Origin: an uncultured Candidatus Saccharibacteria bacterium
Lineage (GTDB): Bacteria; Patescibacteriota; Minisyncoccia; Minisyncoccales; UBA10102
Assembly (NCBI GenBank): GCA_964479725.1
Contig: CAYZNF010000002.1
Coordinates: forward strand, 1,383-65,382
DNA: 64,000 nt
Reading direction: 5' to 3'
Translations under genes and position numbers: made by a program
The notes under the pieces: model-generated
Databases searched by the model: none
Told to the model about the DNA's origin: nothing
The model's input: the letters and a program-made list of their open reading frames with translations, nothing else
Shown here: piece by piece, positions 38,686 to 47,324 of the stretch
Layout of the letters: each line of letters begins with the position of its first letter
Numbering within the stretch: position 1 is the stretch's first letter

Positions 38686-39786
38686 ATGATTACAGCCCTT
38701 TTATTGGCAATTTTTAGCATTCTTTTCCTTGTCGTACTCCATGAGTTGGGACATTTCTTTTCGGCGCGGAAATTCGGAGTAAAAGCCGAAGAATTCGGCG
38801 TTGGGATGCCGTTTACCCCTGCTATCTTCAAAAAAAAAATAGGGGAGACCGTCTATTCTTTCTATCCCTTGCTGATTGGCGCTTTTGTAAGGTTGCTGGG
38901 CGAAGAAAAAGCATCGGAAGATCCGCGAAGTTTTAACAGGCAGCCGGTTTTGAAACGTATTATTATTGTCGGGGCGGGTGTTGTGTCATCATGGGTGGTT
39001 GCCGCGGCCATTTTGGCCTTTCTTGGCGTTACCTGGGGTATTCCTATGGCGATTGACGATGATACGAATTTACCCAGTGGCACGACGCATGTCCAAATTA
39101 CAGGGATAGCTCCGAATTCTCCCGCTCAAAACGCGGGCCTGCAATTGGGAGATATTATCCAGCGTATTGAGAACAAAACAAAAAACCAAGCTGTTGAGCC
39201 AAAAACTATCAAAGAAATTACCGAGTTCGTAAACGCATCGAAGGAAAGTGAAATCATGATTACGGTTGATAAGGGAAGAGAAACCAAAAATATCGCGCTT
39301 GTCCCGCGTTCACAGCCGCCAGTAGGGGAAGGGGCAATCGGTGTTCAGCTTTCGAGAGTTGGTTATGCTAAATTTGCCTGGTACGAAGCCCCTTATCAAG
39401 GAGTCGTGCTAACCGGTAAAATTACCGTGGCTATTGTCAGTCAGACCGGCCAAATGATTGCCCAAAAGATACGCGGAGACGGCCCTCCTCTGAAAGATCA
39501 AATTGCCGGTCCCGTGGGAATGGTGTCCATGCTGCAGAATTCTTTGTTTGTGGGGCCCGCGAATTTCCTGTATTTTGTGGCGCAGATTGCGATTTATCTT
39601 GCCATTTTCAACACCTTGCCGATTCCCGCGCTCGATGGCGGAAGGATTGTTTTCCTGGCAATCGAGGGAATCATTCGCAAACCTTTGCCGGAAAAAATAA
39701 TACAGACCATGATAATCGTTTCGTTTCTCCTGCTTGTGCCTCTAATAATTTGGGCAACGTTCAACGATATCCAGCGTATTTTTTAG
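38686..39786 (+). CDS. rseP: RseP-like site-2 protease (M50 family, PDZ domain)
   Basis: HELGHFFSARKFG HExxH in TM1, central PDZ (GDIIQRIEN), C-terminal LDGG motif. Confidence 0.88.
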   Translation: MITALLLAIFSILFLVVLHELGHFFSARKFGVKAEEFGVGMPFTPAIFKKKIGETVYSFYPLLIGAFVRLLGEEKASEDPRSFNRQPVLKRIIIVGAGVVSSWVVAAAILAFLGVTWGIPMAIDDDTNLPSGTTHVQITGIAPNSPAQNAGLQLGDIIQRIENKTKNQAVEPKTIKEITEFVNASKESEIMITVDKGRETKNIALVPRSQPPVGEGAIGVQLSRVGYAKFAWYEAPYQGVVLTGKITVAIVSQTGQMIAQKIRGDGPPLKDQIAGPVGMVSMLQNSLFVGPANFLYFVAQIAIYLAIFNTLPIPALDGGRIVFLAIEGIIRKPLPEKIIQTMIIVSFLLLVPLIIWATFNDIQRIF

Positions 39787-39788
39787 CT

Positions 39789-41027
39789 ATGAGACAATCC
39801 CAGTATTTCGCCAAAACAAAAAAAGAAAGTCCCAAAGATGAAGAAAGCACGAACGCGAAACTTCTCATTCGCGCCGGTTTTATCCATAAGGAAATGGCAG
39901 GGGTATATACTTTTTTGCCCCTTGGTCTTCGCGTGCTTAATAAAATTGAACAAATAATAAGGGAAGAAATGATCAATGCCGGAGCGCATGAAATGCTGAT
40001 GCCCAGTCTCCATCCAAAGGAGAATTGGCAAATAACAGGGCGATGGGAATCTTTCGACGCATTATTCCGTCTGGAAAGTCGCCACGGCAAGGAATACGCA
40101 TTAGGCCCTACACACGAGGAAATACTATATCCTCTGCTAAAGCAGTACGTCGAATCGTATAAAGATTTGCCAGTGGCTCTTTTCCAAATTCAGACTAAAT
40201 TCCGCGACGAAGCAAGGGCCAAATCGGGGTTAATGCGGGGGCGTGAATTCCGTATGAAAGATCTTTACAGTTTTCATGCCACTACGGAAGATCGCGACCG
40301 CTACTATGAAGTCATGCGTCAAGCCTATATTCGCAGTTTCAAGCGTCTTGGACTTCGAGCAATCGAAACGCAAGCGTCAGGAGGGACATTTTCGGAGTTA
40401 TCGGCAGAATTCCAGGTGCCTTGCGAATCAGGAGAAGATATCATAAACTTTTGTGAAACATGCCAATCCGCTGTCAACGAAGAAGTGATGAAGGGCAATA
40501 CCTGTCCCACGTGCTCTGGCAAGGTAGAGGCCATGAAAGCCGTGGAAGTAGGGAATATCTTTCCTTTGAAAAGCAAGTATTCTGAAGACTTCAATCTTAT
40601 TTTTAAAGACAAAGAAGGCAGTGAAAAATTTGTTGAAGCAGGGTGCTATGGAATTGGCACGTCGCGTATTATGGGCACAATTGCCGAAATCAGCCATGAT
40701 GACAAGGGTTTGATTTGGCCGGCCAATATTGCGCCCTTCTTTGTGTATTTGATACAATTGCCCGGCGGAAAAGAAATTGCCGATGCCTTGCACGATGATC
40801 TTGAAAAACAGGGGATAGAAGTGCTCTATGACGACAGGGAATACGCTGGAGCAGGGGAAAAGTTTGCGGATGCAGACTTAATAGGTATTCCATATCGAAT
40901 CGTAGCAAGCGCAAAAACCGCGCAGCAAAACGCGATCGAACTAAAGAAACGAAACGAAGCGAGTCAAATTATGGTTCCTATAGCTGAAGCGGTTCGAACG
41001 GTCAAGGATTTTTATGAAAAACATTAA
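39789..41027 (+). CDS. proS: Prolyl-tRNA synthetase (compact bacterial type lacking the INS editing domain)
   Basis: Class II motifs (FRDEARAKSGLMRGREF, GCYGIGTSR); 412 aa. Confidence 0.9.
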   Translation: MRQSQYFAKTKKESPKDEESTNAKLLIRAGFIHKEMAGVYTFLPLGLRVLNKIEQIIREEMINAGAHEMLMPSLHPKENWQITGRWESFDALFRLESRHGKEYALGPTHEEILYPLLKQYVESYKDLPVALFQIQTKFRDEARAKSGLMRGREFRMKDLYSFHATTEDRDRYYEVMRQAYIRSFKRLGLRAIETQASGGTFSELSAEFQVPCESGEDIINFCETCQSAVNEEVMKGNTCPTCSGKVEAMKAVEVGNIFPLKSKYSEDFNLIFKDKEGSEKFVEAGCYGIGTSRIMGTIAEISHDDKGLIWPANIAPFFVYLIQLPGGKEIADALHDDLEKQGIEVLYDDREYAGAGEKFADADLIGIPYRIVASAKTAQQNAIELKKRNEASQIMVPIAEAVRTVKDFYEKH

Positions 41028-42084
41028 ACGCTTATTCGGCAAATTTCTTTCCCATTTTGGCAAGGATATTGCCATTGATTTGGGCACTGCCAACTCTTTG
41101 GTGTATGTCCGCGGCAGGGGAATAGTCATACAGGAGCCTTCGGTTGTGGCTATTAACCAAAAAACCGGCCAAGTCCTGGCAATTGGAGACGAAGCAAAAA
41201 AAATGGTGGGAAAAACTCCGGCCCATATTGTTGCCACGCGCCCGCTTGTAAAAGGGGTTATTTCAGACTTTGAAGTAACCGAACAAATGCTCCGTTATTT
41301 TATAGACAAGGTGTACAAAAGAAAGCTAGTGATAGCTCCTGGCCCCCGCGTTATTATCGGCATTCCCTGCGGGGTTACCGAGGTGGAAAAGAAAGCTGTG
41401 CGCGACGCAGCGCTTTCCGCGGGCGCCCGCGAGGTGTACCTTATCGAAGAACCGATGGCCGCCGCGATTGGCGCGCATTTGCCCGTACAGGAGGCTAATG
41501 GAAACTTTATTGTCGATATTGGCGGAGGAACCGCTGAAGTGGCTGTTATTTCCCTTGGCGGTATTGTTTTATCAAAATCCTTGCGTATAGCGGGGGATAA
41601 ACTCAATGAGGATATCATACATTTTTCCCAAGATGAATATAAACTGCTTATCGGAGAGCGCACTGCCGAAGAAATCAAATTAAAAATCGGTTCGGCATTT
41701 CCCGGCAAAGAAAAAAAAGATATGCCTTTGCGAGGCAGGAATTTAGTTACCGGTCTTCCCGAAGAAATTACCATATCTGAAGCGGACGTACGCAAGGCAA
41801 TGGAACGTTCGGTGCGGCAGATTGTAAACGAAGTAAAAGCGACCGTAGAAGAAACTCCGCCCGAACTTTTGGCCGATATCATGAAAAGCGGCATTTATCT
41901 TGCCGGAGGCGGTGCGCTTTTGAGCGGATTGGATTTGCTCATCGCGAAAGAAACAAAAATGCCAACGTCAATTGTAGAGGATCCCTTGACGGCAATGGTA
42001 AGGGGAGCCGGCTACGTACTTGAGAATTTAGACGAACTCCATGATGTTTTGGTCGAAACAGATAATCTCGAACCCCCTAAATAA
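41014..42084 (+). CDS. MreB paralog (Mbl-like)
   Basis: IAIDLGTANSLVY, DIGGGTAEVAVISLGGIV; second MreB-family gene about 4 kb after the first. Confidence 0.9.
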   Translation: MKNIKRLFGKFLSHFGKDIAIDLGTANSLVYVRGRGIVIQEPSVVAINQKTGQVLAIGDEAKKMVGKTPAHIVATRPLVKGVISDFEVTEQMLRYFIDKVYKRKLVIAPGPRVIIGIPCGVTEVEKKAVRDAALSAGAREVYLIEEPMAAAIGAHLPVQEANGNFIVDIGGGTAEVAVISLGGIVLSKSLRIAGDKLNEDIIHFSQDEYKLLIGERTAEEIKLKIGSAFPGKEKKDMPLRGRNLVTGLPEEITISEADVRKAMERSVRQIVNEVKATVEETPPELLADIMKSGIYLAGGGALLSGLDLLIAKETKMPTSIVEDPLTAMVRGAGYVLENLDELHDVLVETDNLEPPK

Positions 42085-42085
42085 T

Positions 42086-42175
42086 CCGAATCTACGAATG
42101 AATTCTAATGCTGCAAATAAAATTCAATTCTTCATTCGTAGAATTCGCATACATTTGTAGATTCGAATCATCTTT
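42086..42175 (+). repeat. Intergenic repeat element copy 1 (ATTCG/CGAAT-rich, core ttcttcattcgtagaattcgcatacatttgtagattcgaatcat)
   Basis: 44-nt core identical to the copy at 56962..57005; about 90% identical to the copy at 59103..59148; 11-bp inverted repeat ctacgaatgaa/ttcattcgtag. Confidence 0.85.
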
Positions 42176-42469
42176 ATGATTTCAAAAGAACAGGTAGCGC
42201 ATATCGCAAATTTAGCCCGCATCAAACTTGCGGAAGACGAAACTGAAAAATTCCAGAAGGATCTTTCAGAGATTTTGGATTATTTTAATTTGCTCAACGA
42301 GGTGGGTGTCGCAAATGTCCAGCCTATGATTCATTCGGTAAAAGAAGAAAACGTGCTGCGACAGGATATCGCGGCCGTTGCGAATCCTGCCCTTGCCCAA
42401 AAACTACTGGAGGCCGCTCCCGCCACCGAACGAGGTTTTATAAAAGTAAAGTCCATACTGTCAGAATAA
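42176..42469 (+). CDS. gatC: Asp/Glu-tRNA amidotransferase subunit C
   Basis: 97 aa; EQVAHIANLARIKLAEDE...FIKVKSIL typical GatC. Confidence 0.9.
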   Translation: MISKEQVAHIANLARIKLAEDETEKFQKDLSEILDYFNLLNEVGVANVQPMIHSVKEENVLRQDIAAVANPALAQKLLEAAPATERGFIKVKSILSE

Positions 42470-42476
42470 GAAAGAT

Positions 42477-43886
42477 ATGGATACAATAGCTTCAACCCTC
42501 GAAAAACTTTCCAAAAAGGAGATATCCGCCAAAGAACTTTGTCAGCAATACTTGGCCGCGATTGCAGAAAAAGACAAGGATATTAACGCTTTCATTACGC
42601 CAACTCCGGATATAGCTATTTCGCAAGCAAAAGAAATAGACGAAAAAATCGCCAAAGGCGAATCTCTGCCTTCGCTTGCAGGTATTCCGTATTCACTGAA
42701 AGATGCGATTTTGGTGAAGGATACCCGATGCACTGCCGCTTCGAAAATTCTCGAGAATTATGTTGCTTCGTATGATGCTACCGTCGCAAAACGGCTGCAA
42801 AATGCGGGTGCAGTGCTTGTTGGCAAAACAAATATGGATGAATTTGGCATGGGAGCCTCTACGGAAAACTCCGCTTTCGGCCCGACAAAAAATCCGCATG
42901 ATTTCAGCCGCGTGGCAGGCGGCAGTTCTGGAGGTTCAGCCGCCAGTGTATCCGCCGGCGAGTGTATGTTTTCTTTGGGAGAGGATACCGGGGGATCCAT
43001 ACGCCAACCTGCGTCTTTTTGCGGTGTTGTTGGATTAAAGCCAACCTATGGCACTGTATCTCGCCACGGTATTATTGCGCTCGCCTCTTCGCTTGACCAA
43101 GTGGGGCCTTTCGCAAAAACCATTGAAGATGCCGAAACAATTTTCCGAATTATTTCAGGAAAAGATCCTTTCGATTCCACTTCCGTTAAATACGAATATA
43201 CAGCAAAAGAATTGCCCGCCGCGCTGAAAAACTTGCGAGTCGGCGTTCCTAAAGAATATTTTTCCGAAGGCCTGGATCCCAAGATCGAAACTGTTATTAA
43301 GGACACGTTTCTGAAACTTGAAAAAGAAGGGGCTCAATTGGTGGAAATTGAGCTTCCCAATACAAAATACGCTTTGGCCGCTTACTATATCATTAACACC
43401 TCCGAAGCTTCTTCAAACCTTGCAAGGTACGACGGCATACGCTTCGGGCGGCAAGCCGAAGGCGGCGATCTTCTCGAAACATACCTTTCTACGCGCGGAA
43501 CTTATCTGGGAAACGAAGTAAAGCGGCGTATTATGCTGGGCACTTACGCCTTGTCCGCGGGGTATTACGAGGCTTTTTATGTAAAAGCCCAGAAAATACG
43601 CACCCTGCTTGCGAAAGATTTCGAGGCCGCGTTCCAAAAAGTTGATGTTGTCATGGGACCCGTCTGCCCGTTCCTACCCTTTCGCATTGGAGAACGCATC
43701 CAAGATCCTTTAGCGATGTACTTGGGGGATATTTATACCGTTCCGGTAAACCTTGTTGGCTTGCCCGCGCTTTCCTTGCCGGTTGGCTTTGCGGATAATC
43801 TTCCTGTAGGTCTGCACATAATTGCTCCTGCGTTCCGGGAGGAAATACTCTTTGGAGTAGGGAAGAGCATTGAACAGATGAGTTGA
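42477..43886 (+). CDS. gatA: Asp/Glu-tRNA amidotransferase subunit A
   Basis: 469 aa; amidase signature GGSSGGSAASV, Ser-cisSer-Lys triad context. Confidence 0.94.
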   Translation: MDTIASTLEKLSKKEISAKELCQQYLAAIAEKDKDINAFITPTPDIAISQAKEIDEKIAKGESLPSLAGIPYSLKDAILVKDTRCTAASKILENYVASYDATVAKRLQNAGAVLVGKTNMDEFGMGASTENSAFGPTKNPHDFSRVAGGSSGGSAASVSAGECMFSLGEDTGGSIRQPASFCGVVGLKPTYGTVSRHGIIALASSLDQVGPFAKTIEDAETIFRIISGKDPFDSTSVKYEYTAKELPAALKNLRVGVPKEYFSEGLDPKIETVIKDTFLKLEKEGAQLVEIELPNTKYALAAYYIINTSEASSNLARYDGIRFGRQAEGGDLLETYLSTRGTYLGNEVKRRIMLGTYALSAGYYEAFYVKAQKIRTLLAKDFEAAFQKVDVVMGPVCPFLPFRIGERIQDPLAMYLGDIYTVPVNLVGLPALSLPVGFADNLPVGLHIIAPAFREEILFGVGKSIEQMS

Positions 43887-43890
43887 CGCA

Positions 43891-44478
43891 ATGTCGCGGG
43901 TATGGAATCATAAACTAAACTTCATGTTCGAAACTCTTATCGGAGCATATCGGGAAGCAATTGAATTCATTTCTGAAACTTTTCCGTTTTTGCAATCGCA
44001 ATGGTTCAAAACCATTATTTTTATCGTCAAGATTGTTATGGGCGCAGTTGGACTTATTCTTCTCTCATTCATCGTTTGGGTGCTTCTTAAAACTTCCTGG
44101 ATTAAATTCAGTTTTGGCCAGGATGTTTCCGAATTTATGCGTTACAGGGCTGGCGGGGCCCAAAAACGCATGCGGGATTGGGAAAGGATACGCAAGCGGT
44201 TGCTGGGCACAAACGTAAGCGAATATAAGCTTTCCATACTGGAAGCAGACCAAATGCTTGACGAAGTTTTAAGGAAATTGGGAATAAAGGGTGAAACCAT
44301 GGATGACCGTCTTTTGAATACTCCCGATACCCTTGTTAAATCTATTGTGCGCATGCAGGAAGTGCATCGTACCAGGAACAATATTGTGCGAGATCCTGAT
44401 TATTACCTTGCCCAGGAAGAGGCTGTTTCTGTCATTAACGCTTATGAGGAAGCTTTCCGCGACCTTGATTTGATCTAA
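43891..44478 (+). CDS. Hypothetical membrane protein
   Basis: 195 aa; one TM segment (IIFIVKIVMGAVGLILLSFIVWVLL) then a charged helical region; no motif recognised. Confidence 0.5.
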   Translation: MSRVWNHKLNFMFETLIGAYREAIEFISETFPFLQSQWFKTIIFIVKIVMGAVGLILLSFIVWVLLKTSWIKFSFGQDVSEFMRYRAGGAQKRMRDWERIRKRLLGTNVSEYKLSILEADQMLDEVLRKLGIKGETMDDRLLNTPDTLVKSIVRMQEVHRTRNNIVRDPDYYLAQEEAVSVINAYEEAFRDLDLI

Positions 44479-44493
44479 TCTTAGTAGTATAAT
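44465..44493 (+). promoter_or_regulatory. Promoter TTGATT-17-TATAAT driving the tRNA cluster
   Basis: Hexamers read at 44465-44470 and 44488-44493 with a 17-nt spacer. Confidence 0.55.
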
Positions 44494-44523
44494 AATGAAC
44501 GTGGCAACAGCCGCATCTCTGCG

Positions 44524-44594
44524 CGCGGGGTGGTGCAACAGTAGCATACGAGGCTCATAACCTTGAGACGCCGGTGCAATTCCGGCTCCCGCAA
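44524..44594 (+). tRNA. Initiator-like tRNA-Met (CAT), atypical
   Basis: 5' CGCGGGGTGG identical to the E. coli tRNA-fMet 5' end; C1.A72 mismatch; anticodon loop CTCATAA; T-arm GCCGG-TGCAATT-CCGGC; 3' TCCCGCA-A. D-loop is only 7 nt with no GG; T-loop has G55; no encoded CCA; 71 nt. Confidence 0.6.
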
Positions 44595-44632
44595 CACGAT
44601 TCTTGTGAAATCAGAATTTCAGGAATATTCGC

Positions 44633-44706
44633 GACAGGGTAGCTCAGCTGGTTAGAGCGAGGGACTCATAAGCCCTAGGTCGTGGGTTCGACTCCCACCC
44701 CTGTCA
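44633..44706 (+). tRNA. tRNA-Met or tRNA-Ile2 (anticodon CAT), elongator type
   Basis: Manual cloverleaf: GACAGGG/CCCTGTC acceptor, GCTC-AGCTGGTTA-GAGC D-arm, CTCATAA anticodon loop, GTGGG-TTCGACT-CCCAC T-arm, discriminator A, no encoded CCA. Confidence 0.85.
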
Positions 44707-44853
44707 CACGATTTTTATCTAAACTTTTTAGTTTAGGTATAAAAATCAGTGCCCTGAGCAGTGTCGAAGGGCAAAGTCCCTCGACTTCGCTCGGGACGCT
44801 AAATTTCGCAAGCCAATCACATTTCGCTTCGCTCATGTTCTTGGGCGAAATTT

Positions 44854-44928
44854 GCGGGCGTAGCTCAGTTTGGTTAGAGCGTCTGCCTGTCACGCAGAAG
44901 GTCGCCGGTTCAAGTCCGGTCGCCCGCG
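44854..44928 (+). tRNA. tRNA-Asp (GTC)
   Basis: GCGGGCG/CGCCCGC acceptor, D-arm GCTC-AGTTTGGTTA-GAGC, anticodon loop CTGTCAC, T-arm GCCGG-TTCAAGT-CCGGT, discriminator G. Confidence 0.88.
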
Positions 44929-44932
44929 CATA

Positions 44933-44968
44933 AAACACAACGTCTTGCATAGGACGTTTTGTTTTTGA
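44933..44968 (+). terminator. Rho-independent terminator after tRNA-Asp
   Basis: AAAACACAACGTC...GACGTTTTGTTTTTG: hairpin AACGTC/GACGTT (extendable) followed by a T-run. Confidence 0.6.
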
Positions 44969-45005
44969 TTTGACATTTATGCTTCAGCACGGTATTGAAT
45001 AAAGT

Positions 45006-45593
45006 ATGGAAAACACAAATAATCAAATTGGGGCGAAAGCCGAAGAGAAAGCCGTATGCTCCAATTGCAATAAAGAAGTTCTCGTGGGGCAAACCTCATT
45101 ATACAAAGGAAAACGAGGAGAGGCGGTATATATCTGCAACGATTGCACTGGCAAAATGAATGAAGAGTTTGAGAAGGAAACGAAAAATATCAACTTTCCA
45201 ATGGCGTTTCTTTTCGGACTGGCAGGAGCTGCGTTAAGCGGACTGATGTGGTTTCTAGTTGCCACCATAACGAATCTCGCAATCGGATATGTAGCGCTTG
45301 CAGTAGGCTACCTCATTGGTTTTGCCGTGTATTTTGGCGCAGGCAAGAAGCGAGGGATCCAACTCCAAGTCATGAGTCTTCTTTTGACCGCGGTAACTTT
45401 GTTCGTAGCGGAATATTCCATTACAGTGTATGTCCTCAATGAATTTGCAAGCGAGGCGAGTGTCAACGGAATGATTCTTGTGTCTCCTTTCGACTGGACG
45501 CTATGGAAAGAGATAGCCACTCCCGTCTTACTGCTTATTTGGGGTATTGCTTTGTATATCGCATTTAGGGTGCCTCAAGCAAGAAAACTTTAG
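45006..45593 (+). CDS. Hypothetical membrane protein with N-terminal zinc-ribbon (CSNC...CNDC) and about 4 TM helices
   Basis: 195 aa; CxxC-19-CxxC then hydrophobic segments. Confidence 0.55.
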   Translation: MENTNNQIGAKAEEKAVCSNCNKEVLVGQTSLYKGKRGEAVYICNDCTGKMNEEFEKETKNINFPMAFLFGLAGAALSGLMWFLVATITNLAIGYVALAVGYLIGFAVYFGAGKKRGIQLQVMSLLLTAVTLFVAEYSITVYVLNEFASEASVNGMILVSPFDWTLWKEIATPVLLLIWGIALYIAFRVPQARKL

Positions 45594-45758
45594 TACATAT
45601 TTTTGCAAGAAAAAATCCCTGGCTCCGTCGTCAGTGCATAAGCAGAGTCACATCTTTATTATAAATACCATGAATCAGGTACGAACTTTTAGCTTTGTCG
45701 CGCTTGGAGCAATGGCGGGCGGGATAGCGCTATGGTCAATTGTGGAGGCCCTCGCAGC

Positions 45759-46619
45759 TTAATCTTCTAGCGGCAGAATCTGTCTGATTGGGCAACTAGC
45801 TTCGGCAAAGTATCCTGCCGAGGTTTTGTTTGGGCGGACGTTATTTGCCAAACTCCTAAATAAGTAAAACGCGGTGGTCCAGATGTATGGGCCACCGCGC
45901 AATTTATTACGCTTGCCGGCTCCCAAGTGAGCCCAGCAACTCGCGTAGAATCGCCGTTGTTCGGACGCAAGGAGCAACTCGCGCCACCAGCGCTGTCCGT
46001 ATTCACCCAGACTTTGAGCTATGGCCCGAAGACGAAAGAAATTGCTTGCGTCCAATGTCCCGGATTCGCACAGAACCTCGCGTTCAATGCGCAAACCCTT
46101 TACCACAGCAAATTGCAGTCCATGTGCGCCAACAGGATCTAAGAGAAGTTCCCTTATGGCAACGGGATGCCGCACAACCGCGGAAACACCCCTCTCGTGC
46201 AACTCCCTCATGGAAAGCAAGCCGGAACCTAAAATACTCATTGTGAACCAATCCAGCTCCAACAGAGCTACCCTGCCTCCTTTATGCACAGCAAGTTTGA
46301 GCCGGGCCAGCATATCCGCCGGGTTATCCGCGTCTGCGAGACAGCAGAACGCAATAGCCGCATCGAATGTACCGTCGTGTTGCACCACATCTCCTTGGGA
46401 AACTGCAATCTGCAATCCGGGAACAAGTTGCCGAAGAATTCCTGCGATGTAGTTTCCTGTATCTCCGACGACAAGAACGTCCCGGCCACCAATATTGCCG
46501 GTAAGTCCTGCCTCCTGTTGCAGTTGGTACACCAATCCTTCGCCTGTAGTGCCATTTCTTCCAGGACCAAATCGTTTGAGATAGGCATTCGTCCAAGCGC
46601 TTCTTACTTTCATCAGCAC
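45759..46619 (-). CDS. Class I SAM-dependent methyltransferase-like protein (GC-rich; C-terminal 90 aa doubtful)
   Basis: Rossmann motif I DVLVVGDTGNY, FDAAI, HKGGRVALLE (motif like LKPGGRL); about 58% GC; a minus-strand terminator hairpin (45871..45898) lies inside the annotated 3' end. Confidence 0.5.
   Translation of the reverse strand: MLMKVRSAWTNAYLKRFGPGRNGTTGEGLVYQLQQEAGLTGNIGGRDVLVVGDTGNYIAGILRQLVPGLQIAVSQGDVVQHDGTFDAAIAFCCLADADNPADMLARLKLAVHKGGRVALLELDWFTMSILGSGLLSMRELHERGVSAVVRHPVAIRELLLDPVGAHGLQFAVVKGLRIEREVLCESGTLDASNFFRLRAIAQSLGEYGQRWWRELLLASEQRRFYASCWAHLGAGKRNKLRGGPYIWTTAFYLFRSLANNVRPNKTSAGYFAEASCPIRQILPLED
45871..45898 (-). terminator. Strong hairpin GCGGTGGTCC-9 nt-GGCCACCGC, followed on the minus strand by TTTTACTTATTT
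   Basis: 10-bp stem with one G.U; the T-run is on the minus strand, so it probably terminates the minus-strand methyltransferase transcript. Confidence 0.5.
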
Positions 46620-46766
46620 ACCCTCTCTTAGCTATTGCCTTTTTAGCAACTTCTCTATTATAGCATAGCAGTTTTATTGTTTTGTCCACAAATGAGTTGA
46701 TGCCAATTAGCAAAAAGTAGGGTATTATACTTAATAATGGCCGATTTTGTATAGGTTAGTTTATTT

Positions 46767-47324
46767 ATGGACACAAACTGGTACGTTATTGCGGGGCCGC
46801 CGTCATCGGGCAAGACAACCCTAGTTAGTTATTTGGCAAAAATGGGCTATCCAACAATCCCTGAAGCCGCTAGAGCCGTGATCGATAGGGAATTGGCGAA
46901 TGGGAAAACACTGCGGGAAATCCGAAGCAATGTATTGGAATTTCAGCATAAAATTTTGGCGGAGAGAAAAATACTCGAGGCCAAAGTGTCGGCCGACAGC
47001 ATTACTTTCCTGGATTCCGGAACTCCTTGTGCCGCCGCATACTGCAAATTGGCGGAAATTGATTCTGGTTTTATATTTCAAAGCGTGTACTGCCGCTATA
47101 AAGGAATATTCCTATTAGATTCCCTCCCATTTTTTGAAAATGATTACGCACGCATGGAAGACGCAAACACTTCCGCGCGTATAGGGAATTTGCTTTATGG
47201 CGTCTACAGCGAATTGGGTTATCCGATTATAAGGGTTCCCGTAAATCCTGTGGCGGCAAGAGCCGAATTTATTTTAAACGAAGTATGGCACAATACTCCA
47301 AAGAACAATTCGAAGCAATGGTAG
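46767..47324 (+). CDS. P-loop NTPase (AAA_28/NadR-kinase-like ATPase)
   Basis: 185 aa; Walker A GPPSSGKTT at the N-terminus, Walker B-like FLDSG. Confidence 0.6.
   Translation: MDTNWYVIAGPPSSGKTTLVSYLAKMGYPTIPEAARAVIDRELANGKTLREIRSNVLEFQHKILAERKILEAKVSADSITFLDSGTPCAAAYCKLAEIDSGFIFQSVYCRYKGIFLLDSLPFFENDYARMEDANTSARIGNLLYGVYSELGYPIIRVPVNPVAARAEFILNEVWHNTPKNNSKQW

Noticed and set aside
44752-44800. The imperfect palindrome in the tRNA spacer as a third tRNA on either strand
   Set aside because: No acceptor/T-arm pairing or TTCRA loop could be built on either strand.
44675-44950. ORFs 44675..44950(-) and 44682..44933(+) as protein-coding genes
   Set aside because: They are translations across two tRNA genes and their structured spacer.
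46324-46713. 129-aa minus-strand ORF and plus-strand ORFs 45887..46246 and 46021..46452 within the GC-rich methyltransferase region
   Set aside because: They overlap the methyltransferase-like ORF, have Arg-rich nonsense composition typical of off-frame GC-rich sequence, and no motifs.
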